A stretch of DNA of 64,000 nt from the NCBI GenBank assembly GCA_013265495.1, contig MU058844.1, positions 5,889,260-5,953,259 on the forward strand, read 5' to 3'. The notes under the pieces are model-generated. The model was not told where the DNA came from. It did not search any database and saw nothing but the letters and a program-made list of their open reading frames with translations. Shown one piece after another: positions 53,148 to 64,000 of this stretch. The stretch is from Vicugna vicugna (Eukaryota). Made by a program: the position numbers and the translations under genes. Numbering within the stretch: the stretch's first letter is position 1; every line of letters starts with the position of its first letter.

Positions 53148-53600
53148 GAAGGGTGAAGGTCATTGTGTATTATCGTCATATTTTGTCCTGAAAGGTGAAG
53201 ATGCCTTACTGTTTCCTTTAATTAATGAGTTTCCTGTCTCTGTCTTCCACGCAGGACTTGTCTGAGACCCTCATAGAGATCACTGAATGATGGTATTATG
53301 AATGAATGTGATTCTTGTCATTTTTCTTCAACAAAGCTCAGTGTACAATCCTAAATTCTCTTTTCTTGATTAACGTTTCCTAGTTAACATCATCAATGCA
53401 AATGCCAGCTATTACTGTCTATACGATTATGACTTTTAACTTTCTAATCTGTGCCTCCAGCTTGATCTCTCCTGTAAGTACTATCTCCTATATTCAGCCA
53501 CTTACCAGACAATTTACGTTTAGGAATATCAAAGACTGTCTCAAATATACATGAAACCCAATACGAGCCAATGTCAACTCATGAACTATGACTTCCCTAC

Positions 53601-54074
53601 TGTGATAGGTTAAATTGTGCTCTCTCCAGAATTCATAGGTTGAAGTCCTAATCCCGGTGCCTCAGAATGTGGAATTATTTGGAAGGAGGGCAATTGCCAA
53701 TAGACTTAATTGTCACTAGTTATGAGGAGGTCGTCCTGTAATAAGGTGGGCCCCTCTTCCAGAATGACAGTGTTGTTATAAAAGGGAAAATCTGGCCAGA
53801 GACTTACACACAGAGGGAGAATGCCAGTGAAGATGAAGGCAGAGCTCAGGCTGATGTTTGTACAAGTCAGGGAGTGTCAGTCCTTGTCAGCAAATAACTA
53901 GAAGCTACGGATTGGCATAGAATAAGTTCATCCTCATGGCCCTGAGAAACTGCTAGTCCTGCCAATACCTTGAGCTAGGACTTCAAGCCTCCGACTGTGA
54001 GACTATAAACGTCCTCTGTTTAAGCCATTTAATTTGTGATACCTTTTTTCCAGCAGCCCTTGGAAAGAAATACA
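53601..54074 (+). mobile_element. MLT1-type MaLR LTR (within L2 remnants)
   Basis: tgtgataggttaaattgtg...ggttgaagtcctaatcccggtgcctcagaatgtgg...tgtttaagccatttaatttgtg...aaataca. Confidence 0.8.
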
Positions 54075-54750
54075 TTTGCCTACTCACCCAAAAGAATCAG
54101 CAGTAACCACTTAACAGAAAACAAATAGAACGACATCGTTACCATTTATTGTTCCCTAATTCCTCAGGTTGGAATCCTAGCAGCCATTCTGAGCACATCT
54201 CTGTAGGTGACATGCCTGATCCAATCACCAAAGACCACTGGCTTTATCTTTAAAACAGCTCTCACATCTGCCCTTTATCACACATCCTCAATACTAACCC
54301 TGAGCGCAGGTCACATCATCTCTGACCTGGGACTCAGCAAACGTCCCCAGCTCTCTCTACAGTGACTTGTGACCTTTTCAAATCTGTTCTCTTCACTACA
54401 GTCAGAACAATCAATGTAAAATGCAGATTTATTGAAATCATACCCAGCCTCACTTCACAGCCTCTGATCACTCTCTGGACTAAAAAAACAGAACTTTACC
54501 TTGTCTGACGAGGTCTACTGTGCTCTGCCTTCCCAGCCCCTCCTATGCCACTCTTCTAGTTCCTGTGCTTTCAGTACCATAAATAAGCCTCATTTTCTTC
54601 TGCTTTGAGGACCTCAGGGTGCTCTTCCCCCTGACTGAAATAATGTCCCCCAGTTCTTCCCACCCCCGTGGGAGCCCATGATTGGGTTAACAAATTGTAG
54701 CAGATCCCAGCCGCTTATCTCCTTAAAGAAGATGTGCTTAGTACCTGCCC

Positions 54751-55270
54751 TGAGGTTTTAGCAATGACCCAGGCCCCTGGCTACAAACACTGGGCGTACT
54801 GCTGTTAGTCTTCTATCCCCAAAACAGCCTTGGGCTGGAATGGTAAACAACTTATAAAAAGCTGCAGACTCAGAGGTGAGAAGGCTGGTTAGTCAATGAG
54901 GGTAAGACCCCCTGAGGGGGGCAACCTAAGATAGGCTCAGCCGCCTGAGTCCAAGTTGTTAAGCAGCTGATTCTCATACGTTCTGCCCTGATAAGCTGAA
55001 AGGCTCAACATGAACGTGATTCACCAAAAAGGGTCTTCTGACCTTGAGCCAAACACGAACAATAAACAAAGCCTTTGTATACTCACTGTGATCCCACCCT
55101 GTCCTTCCCTAAATCCCTGCATTCCTCCTTTGACTGTACTCAGTAAATATGGGAGATTTGAGAGGCTCGTGGAGTTGGCTCCTGACTCCCTCTCGCTCTC
55201 TTGACTCTTCCAGAGTCGAGTAATTCATTCCGTCTCGTTGGGACTTCTGCCGGCCAGAACCCACAACTGG
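54751..55270 (+). mobile_element. Solo ERV LTR-like element inserted in L2 remnants
   Basis: Starts tgaggttttagc, shows LTR-type U3/R content, and ends ttgggacttctgccggccagaacccaca. The surrounding 54130-55600 is L2-like. Confidence 0.6.
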
Positions 55271-55754
55271 GACGAACCCACAACCCCCCACCTCCTAACC
55301 TGCATAGCAGACTGAACTCACATTTTATCTATTTATCCAATCTGTACTCAAATTTTAATTTCTCAACAAAATTTTCCATGAGTCTCTGTTAAAACCCCAT
55401 GTTGTAAGATTGTAAGATCTTTTAATACTTTCTCATGGCATTTATTACCTTTTGTTGTTCATTTCTAATTTTTTTTTTACTGAAATTGCTATTGTCTCTT
55501 ATCCTCAATTTACGTCTATGAGAATGGTGGGCACATTTGATTTGCTAACTATAATATCTTGTCACTTAGCTTGGAATTTGGAGTAAAGAAAACACATGCA
55601 ATATTTAATAATCGATTGACTATGTGCCCACTACATGCGAAGGCATTGTGTAGTTCCGTTATGCTAAAGGATTCATTAAAGGAATGTGAAGTTAGTGTGG
55701 AGGTAGATAAGGACAAAATTTCATAACCAAATTCCTGGACAAATGGGGGTTCTC

Positions 55755-55990
55755 TATAGTGGTGAAGAAAATGGATCCAGGAGCCTTTCAGCCTGCGTTT
55801 GCATCCAAGTTCTACCCCTAACGATTTATGTGACCTTGAGAAAGTTACTTAATCTCCGTCTCAACCTCCTCGTGTGTAAACTTGGAGTGATACTATTATC
55901 TAGCTCAGGGAGTTCTTTTGAGAAGTTAAGTGGGAACCAATGTGAAAGCACTTAGTGTGGTACACGCCACCCAAAAGTCAGCCACAATTC
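55755..55990 (+). mobile_element. MIR SINE remnant
   Basis: atttatgtgaccttgagaaagttacttaatctccgtctcaacctcctcgtgtgtaaacttggagtgatacta...tgtgaaagcacttag. Confidence 0.75.
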
Positions 55991-58900
55991 TCAGCTAACA
56001 ATATCACTTTCTTACATTTCCCTCCTCTGTGTCATCATTCATCTGCACTACTCTATTAGTGAGAATAATCTCCACTAAAACCGTTAATGGCCTTAGTGCA
56101 AAATAAAACAGACACATTTTATTCAATCCTTATATCGCTTCTAAAACTCATTTTTAAACAATTTTTCCCTTCTCTTGTCTTGCACATTACCAATCTCTGG
56201 TGTTTCTGTTCTTCCTCCTCAGTTTTAGTCACCATCTCCTTCTTCTCTGTGTGCCTCGCAGGGTCGGTGTTCTACTGTTTCCTCCTTCCGATTCGTTCTA
56301 TTCAGTCTTGGACGCTCTCATCTACTTCTATGATTCTGGCTAGGACTTTTCATGCTCATGATCCCAATCCTCTGTCTCTAGGTCAGAACGTCTCCAAGGC
56401 TTTGTGATGCTTGAGGATTTGGGGACCGAGCAAGGAAAAGATAGGAACGCAGGGGGGCAGTAACACAAAAGTTGATTGGGTGGTCTTTGGATGGGGGTGA
56501 TTGGAGGGCGATTTTTCAGCCACCACCTCAAAGGGGAATAGGGCAAGGGTACTTCTAGGAAAGAGGGGAATCTGAGAGAGGGTTCCTGAGAGTCAGAGAG
56601 TCAGAGAACTCTGAAGGATAGTAGTGGTTTGGGGATCAATACACAACTACTATCTTTGGCCCACTTACAGAACAGGCTTCAGACCCACAGTTTTAATCGT
56701 TTACTGGACCATCCCATCCCAGATATCAAATGGTTATCAGCAACACAAATTTCCCCAAACAGACCACATAATCTTTTCCTGAAAAACCCATTATTTCTAT
56801 TTATCCGTTTCTAATGAAGTGGCATCATTATAGTCCCAGTCAGACAAGTTAGAAATCCCGACAGCATTTTAGATTCTTTGTTCACACTCCATCATCTCTT
56901 CTTCAGTTGTGTAACTCGGGACGCCTGTATCTGTTTCCTTCTAGTTTTCTGGAGTTTTCCTCCCTTCTCCATCCCACTGTCACTACATTTGGATCGTTCC
57001 CTCCTCGTTTGTCACTGACAAATAACTCCTGCTTTCCTTGTTTCTAGTCATATTTCTATCCAATTCATTCTTTGTAATTTTAAATTGAGGTCTTCCTAAA
57101 AGTCAGATCATGTTACCCTTATGTTCATAATTTTGTGTTTCTTATTTTCTTTTTTCTTCTTTTAAAGTCATCCTCAGGATTTACTAAACTTAGTTTTCCT
57201 TTTTAAAATCACATTCCTTTTTTTTTTAACCAGCTTTGAAGTTATTCTCTCTCTACATCTTATCTTGGCATTTACTTTAACAAGTCATACATTAATCAGT
57301 GTATGAGGATCTTCTCAAATATTTCAAGAACTTTAGCTGTTTGAACCCCAAGACTCCTTTTTTCTAGTATGACACTGTTGACTAGTATTTTCATTTTATT
57401 AAGTTTTTTTTAAAATTCTTCAAAGTACGTATTTATTACTCTCATTTATATGGTCTATTGGTATTTTGATTTACTTCCATATTTATCAGCATCTCTACTC
57501 ACTAATCCTTCTTGCATCTCAGATCTTCTTATGGGGTTATTGTCTTTATAGAACTGTTTCATATGAAGTCAAAAATATCTAAATTAAATAAATTGTCTTT
57601 ATTTCACAACTGCTCTCGAAAGATTCTGTTACTTGGCATAGAAATCTAAGCAGAGATTATTTCTCTTGGTATATTGAAGACGTCATTCAGGGCCTTCTAA
57701 CTTCTATTGCTGCTATTGAGAATTTAGCTCAGTCTATCAGCTAATTTTTTGTGAGTGATTTTATAAGTCATTGCTACTTCTAGGATCTCTTTGTGCTCTG
57801 AAGTCTCACTAGTAATTATGTAGATATAAAATCTTTTTAGTTATCTTGCTTGGAAATTATTAAATTTTCTGTAAGCTTTTGGAAATCTTATCAAACAGTT
57901 CAGTTCTTCCCCATTTTTTCAATCCCCTGTGTTTAACTTCTCCATTACATTTTTTTTCTCTGCTTATGCTGCATGATTGATAATCTATTTTACTTTATAT
58001 TTTGGTTAATTTTGTTGTTTTTGGTCAGGGAATGCTTTCTGGAGAAATAATTTCTGGTCAGCATCATGATGGATTTATAAAGCAAAAGAAGATTGGAAGT
58101 TGATTTGAATATTAATGATTTTAGCTGCAGGAACAGGAAACCTTAAAATTACCAGCCACTCAACAAAACATAAACATATGTGTGTGTCTGTGTGTGTGTG
58201 TTTTCTCTTGTGAAAATTCGGAAGTACATGGTCCAACACTAGTAAATTGGCTTTGCTTCCAGGGGACTGAAAGGCCTTCCATGTCACTGTGCCACAATGC
58301 TATTTGTATTTCAGGAAGCAGGAAGGAAGAAAGGTCAAACACAAGGTACTAAGACTTTGTATCAGTTGTCTGTTCAAGGAGATTCTAGGAAGTTGTCATG
58401 GTAACACTTCCTCTTATATCCAGTGGCCAATTTAGTCACATGGACACAGCATGTGATTTGGAAAGATACTATTTATATACTATAGGAAGTATATCTTTAA
58501 CATGGTGTTCCCAATGCTTTGCACAGTGCCTCAGAGTGTTGGTACCAAGGAAATATATGTTAATTGAAAGAGCAAATAAGTTAATTTAATAACTATGCTC
58601 TGTCGTCTAGCTTGATGAAACAAGAATCAGAATTCTTGGAGAAAATTCTGAAAATAAAAAAAAAAAATCTCAAGACTTGAAATCTGAAAGAATAATGTTC
58701 TCAGAAAGCTAATATGGACTTGGAACTCACTCTAGTATCTTTGTGATGGTTTCCCAGAGATTTCATGAAAATATTTTGGCAATCCTTTGTCGGTTTCATT
58801 TCGGCATATTTTTAGATATCAGGAAGACATTTCAGGAAAAAATAAATTGACCATCTCTAAACTGTTCTGTCTGTAGGCAGCTTTCTCTTGATTAAAAATT

Positions 58901-61213
58901 GGTTAGGAATAGCAAGTGAGTCAGATTGCTTCCTTGGAGACAGTTAAACAGCAGGCGTCTATTTACTAAAGAACTGGTAAATTCTTAAGTGAACAGAAAT
59001 TAGCTTTACAGGCATGACACTGAGGGTATTTTAACACTTACTGAATTTAAATCCAGAAACATGAAGGCATCTCTTGTGCAGGCCAGTTGCCTTGTCTCTC
59101 AGGAGGCTGTGTGTTGGTAAATGCAGGCCACACGTTATGTTGCTTCACACCTCCTTTTTATAGTTACCATAAAATCACAAAAATATGGCTTAAATTCCCT
59201 CATTTTTTTTTCCCATGACTTCACTGAGACCACTAAAAAAAATCTTACTTAGATTCATTTGCACATACTTCCAGCTGCTAATATTTCAGGATTCATCTGA
59301 ATTCTCCTGAAGTGAAAGTCTATATATTGAATGCCCTCTAAAAGTCTGAAGTCACTTAAATTGGAACAAGGTAAAATCAGATGCTATCTAATGATACTTT
59401 GCAAAAATCTTCAAAGCCCTGAAAGATTTTCTGTCACAGAAAGCCTAACTGTATTTAGGCTGTTGTTCGTAATTAGGGAAAACTGGGTTTTTGCTGGTCC
59501 TAGGCAGGGTAGCAATGCCAGGTGGACAGAACTAATTTGTTGGGGGCTCTATTAGAAGGTAGGAAGCTTCCAGTGCTTTCTGGATGGATAGCAGGGATGC
59601 TTCCTGGATGGATAGCAGACAGGTAGGATGGCCCTCCCTCAAGGACTTCACTTTGTATGCTTTGTATGTACACACCGAGCTGGATAAGTGAGTCCCTGAA
59701 GCCACTAGCTCATTAAGATGCTGACAACACTCCAGGTTTTGGGAGAGCCCCTTGGCCCTTGTGAAATAAGAACTTGATAAATGCTATTAGTAGAATCTCT
59801 GTATCCACAGAGAATCTTATAGTTGAGTCTACAAAGGGACAGATTTGGTTTTTTCCAGAGGCCATCTTTCTAGAGGGCTATCCACAAAGGAGTGGGATGA
59901 GAGCGAGAGATCGCAGTCATTGCCTAGCTCAGCTCAGCAATGGTTTATTCACTCAACAAATAACTTCCTGGGTGTGCCAGGATCTGTGAAGGGACATAGA
60001 GATGAACAAGGCATAATATCTAACCTAAACAAGTTTGATCTATTTTCAGAGAAGCATGCAATCTCTTACTATACCGTGCAGGGAATATGCCAACAGGGAC
60101 ATATGTACGGGATTATACCAGTGCAGGGGACAAATACAGAGAAGACCCAACTGAGCTTTGTGCGGTGAGTTGTTAGGTTAGAAAATGTTTCCAAGAAATG
60201 GGATTTTATCTTCATCTCAAAAAGAATGGGACGTGATGAATTGGACAAGGGTAGCAGTAAATCCTAAGTCGAAGAAATGGCAAGAGAAAAGATGTGGACA
60301 AAAAAAAAAAACCCAAGAGAAAAATCACAAAGTGATTTGGAGTAAACGCAGAGTGCGAAAACGAGAGACGGTGAAGCCAGAGAGCTGGGTCGTGCACGCA
60401 GCATTAGTGTGTGCCATGCTGGACGGTGTGTGGCTTATTCTGATGTATTTTTACACTTAAATAAATTCAAAGCAGAAGGCAAGAATTCAGGCTCATTTTT
60501 ATTATAGTTTTAAATTTTATCAAGGATGAAACGTTAAAGCCTTTCACTATTCTGAGCCTGTGAAATGGCTGATTCATTACATCAAGTTCCTTTGACTTTA
60601 GTGGTACTTCTGCCTTGTCAACAATCCTTCAGATGAATACTAAAAAAATCGTTTACCAGAATGAAATTTTGCCCAAGTTGTGGCACCCATCCAATTTCCC
60701 ATCGTAGTGGGAGGTGGAGGGTTTGCAGAGTAAGAAATCAGGGCAGATAAGGTAAAATACAATGCTCCCCCCACTACCTTTTCAACTTACTTGTATTTGT
60801 GAGCAGGAATGGAGGGGAACATAATAAAACTTAGTTTAGCGATTTTAGGGTTTCTAGTACTTTCGCATATATCTTTATATAACCCTGTAAGAAAGACTAG
60901 GAAATTTTCATACTTTAGTTCTCAACCTCTGTTTCCTAATTGGAGTTAATACTAAATTTTTTATTTAGCTGGTACTTGATACAAAGAAAATCTATTCAAA
61001 CAAAACATAGATTATCAGGTGGCAAATAAGTCTCTAATTAGTCTAAAAATGACTAATAGCAAACTGTGCCCCCAATTTGACTATGTATCCAAATCACCTG
61101 GGTAGTTTATTAAAATACAGAGATCAAGCTTCACCCTCAGAGATGCTGATTTATTAAATCTGCAACAGAGTCATAGAATCTATATTTTTAAATTGGATGA
61201 AGAAACCAACCCT

Positions 61214-63027
61214 CATTTGAGACATTTGGTATCAGAATAACACTGGTCTCATGAAATGAGTTTGAAAGTGTTTGCTCCTCTTTTATTTTCTAGAAGATTT
61301 TGAGAAGGATTGGTATTTGGTAGAATTCACCAGTGAAGCCATCTGCTCTTGGACTTTAATTTGTTGGAAGGTTTTTGATTACTGATTTAAACTTCTTACT
61401 AGTAATTGCTATGTTCAGATTTTCTAATTCAGCATGATTTGATCTTAGTAGGTTGTATGTTTAGGGCCGGGTGCCCCGCACACATTTAAAAACAGCTTCT
61501 TTGTTTACTCTAGTCATGTTAGGCATGTGGGATGTACGAGCGCAGGCCCTGCTGGCTGTCAGAGCTAAGTGGTTTGGGGAATCCATCACTCAGGCAGCAG
61601 CTACAAAGGCTCTGATGTGTGTGCAAGCTCCTTCCAGGGAGATACAGGCAACTTCATTTTGTCATCATAGTGAGCCAGGAGGAGAAGGTGGGGAAAGTGT
61701 CCACAAGTTTCCCTGTTTGCTGGGGAGGATCACAGCCCGCCCCTAGATGTGTGCTAAAATAAGGCAGATCGTCAGGCAGCAGCTGGTAAGCATGCAGATA
61801 GATCCCTTTTAGGGAAAGGCTGGGAGAGGGGCCGTTTTGCCTGCTCCCTCTGTCCTGAGCCCTGTGGGATAGTCACGTGCTTCGTCTGACAGCAAATTAC
61901 GTTCTGAAACTGAGATTGCGTTGCCAATAATTTATCTAGCACAGGTTCACCGTGGGAATTATAATAATTTCACAAGCCAATAGTATGTAGGATAATGTCT
62001 CCTAATAAGCCAATAAAGAAATAACCTACTCCAAGCCAACGATAGATTCATCACAGTATTGTTCCAGGCAAGGGGGAGATAAAAGGGCTAAAGCCTGAAT
62101 TTAGTCGAGGTGTGCCTTTCTATGAGTGGTTCTTGGGAGAGTTGACCTAGCCAACCGTGAGAGATACCTAGCTGTTTGTTGTAGAGCAGACTGCTAGGGA
62201 ACAAAGAGGCCAAGTGTGGATGAGGAAGCTGATCTTCTCAGGAGCCTCTGAGTGGTTTCTGCCACTGCCTGGCAAAGAGTCTCCCGCCACACAGGGAGTT
62301 AATGCCCCAAGGGCTTTAGAAAACTATCTGGATTAGCAAAGATTAACCTTGCCCAGACCAAGCCCTCCCAAATTGCTGGTAACCTCTTGGAATGTAAAGC
62401 TTAAAGTCCTCTAACCACAGTCACTCTTTCTCGAAGTTCTTATCAATAAGCCCCCAACGGCGCCTGCCAATAGCTGAGTTAGCAAGTATTCCTGCCAGTG
62501 AGGCTATCCTAACACACCTTCCTCAGTGTAAGCAAGTTCGTTCTTAGAACAAAAAACAAGTAGATTCAAAATCACATGAAACCAATACACAACACCATGC
62601 AAGTGTGAGCACGCCTGTGAGAAATGCTCCTTTGTTTACCGTAGTCTACTGGGCCTCATGGACACGCGCCACGCTGGCTTTCAGGGCTGGGTGTTCTGGG
62701 CGCCTGTCCCTCAGATGGGAGTCTTAAAAGGAGGGGCACCCGATGTGCCGTTCAAATCCTTCGCTCATCGGGGTGACACTAGGAGCTGGACGTTCCCGCC
62801 CAATTGCATCTCACAAAATCAGGGGTGGGTTTTATGGCCAGAGGGTGTCTCAGCCTTTCCACCCTGCTTCAATGAACATGTTTTTTCATTTGCCCAATGT
62901 GTAGGAGTTGCTCAACTAGTTTCTGGATTTCTTTCAGAGGAAACTGCTCCACGGATACTTGGAACCTTGATGTGCTGTGGGAGGAGGAGTTCAGGAGGCT
63001 TCAATATTTTCGTCTTGATGGACCCCT
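61214..63027 (-). mobile_element. L1 fragments (ORF2 piece and 5' region) interrupted by an LTR-like insert (~61880-62597)
   Basis: Antisense L1 ORF2: ttggtagaattcaccagtgaagccatctgctcttggac. L1 5'-region-like sequence resumes at 62600 after a ~720-bp unrelated block. Confidence 0.6.
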
Positions 63028-63241
63028 GAGCAAGGACTGGATTTAAATTTAAGTCTCATGTAGCTCAAACTAATCCAGCAGTGACTGGGGATTCTCAAAA
63101 AAAGTGCAAATGGAGAACAAAGTTGAAATCTCAAAATAATCTTAGAATATTCCTTTCTTCTTTCCTCCTACATTCAGATACCAGTTTATGTTAGTTCTTT
63201 CTTTTTACATTCCACAAATCCATTTCTTTCTATTTAAACTA

Positions 63242-63438
63242 CAGTTGACCCTAGAACAACACAGGATTGAACTGCACGGATCCACTTATGTACAGATTTT
63301 TTTTTTCAATAAACACATGCTACGGTACTACACAATCCCTGGTTGGTTGAATCCGTCGATGGGTAACCGGCGATGAGGAAGGCTGGCAGGAAATTTATGT
63401 ATGAATTTCCAACCCCTGTGTTGTTCAAGTGTCAACTG
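63242..63438. mobile_element. MER8/Tigger2-type non-autonomous DNA transposon
   Basis: TIRs cagttgaccctagaacaacac ... gtgttgttcaagtgtcaactg, with TA on both sides. Confidence 0.85.
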
Positions 63439-64000
63439 TACTGTCTGTTTCACCCAGGCAATTTTGTTTGTTTGTTTTTTTCTCAGAAGGGACTCTAAGA
63501 GACAAAAATGAGGGACACTCTCTTCAGGCTGCCACTGTGAGTGAAGAGGAGATTCTATATCTCAGGGTCTGTGTTGCTTCGTGTAAGACCAGGACCTTGT
63601 GGAGACACCTGAGCTCATCACCAATCCTGAAACATAATCTCTGAGGTGGGCCTTAAAAATCTGTAGAGACTATATCTAAACCTCTTACGATAAGAGAAAA
63701 AACCCTTTTGCTTCTAATTTATTTATTCATGAAACAAATTCTTACTAACACATACTAGGTCTAGTGCTCAACCTTGGAAATATAGATATGAATAAGAAAG
63801 ACAAAAATCCCTGTCCTCACAAAGGTTACACATTTGAGTGGCGGCGAGAGATTATAAACAATAAATGACTGTACAATTTCAAGTCATGCTATGTGCTGTA
63901 CTGATGCCTTCCCTGCACCGGGAAGACACTCACACAAAGTTGAGGCTACTGGCACTGGAGGTCTCATTCAGTGAGAAGTCACGGGGCCTCTCGATAAGAG

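Noticed and set aside
50530..53154. Whole inverted-repeat unit as a foldback/TIR transposon with a 5-bp TSD (AGGGT at 50530-50534 and 53150-53154)
   Set aside because: A MER103-like element continues from the outside flank into the spacer, so the spacer is native sequence. There is no transposase remnant, and the 5-mer is probably chance.
59574..59621. 24-bp tandem duplication (tgcttYctggatggatagcag x2)
   Set aside because: Only two copies and no spacer structure. It is an ordinary slippage duplication, not an array.

Overview
AT-rich mammalian, mostly intergenic or intronic DNA. It is probably camelid (camel/alpaca), inferred from five tRNA-derived SINEs of the camelid type. No intact protein-coding gene can be recognised. 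The window opens with a 5'-truncated, disabled processed pseudogene of PPP2R5D (minus strand, ~1-2802). Next come a possible unidentified plus-strand terminal exon with 3' UTR (~16.6-18.6 kb) and a divergent pair of CTCF-like motifs. Much of the rest is transposon debris: solo ERV1-type LTRs with 4-bp TSDs, an ERVL-class provirus remnant, L1/L2/MIR/MLT/MER pieces, and an unidentified CpG-rich retrocopy-like insert at ~34.25-35.9 kb. The most unusual structure is a ~615-bp inverted duplication of otherwise unique sequence (50535-51151 and 52538-53147) around a 1386-bp spacer. The inner 463 bp of the arms are identical and CpG-rich. The outer ~155 bp carry 7 substitutions plus an indel, which suggests arm-to-arm gene conversion or recurrent inversion. 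The left arm interrupts an ancient MER103-like element, and both arms carry a splice-signal-bounded mini exon pair. All repeat family names are from memory of consensus sequences, not from a database search.
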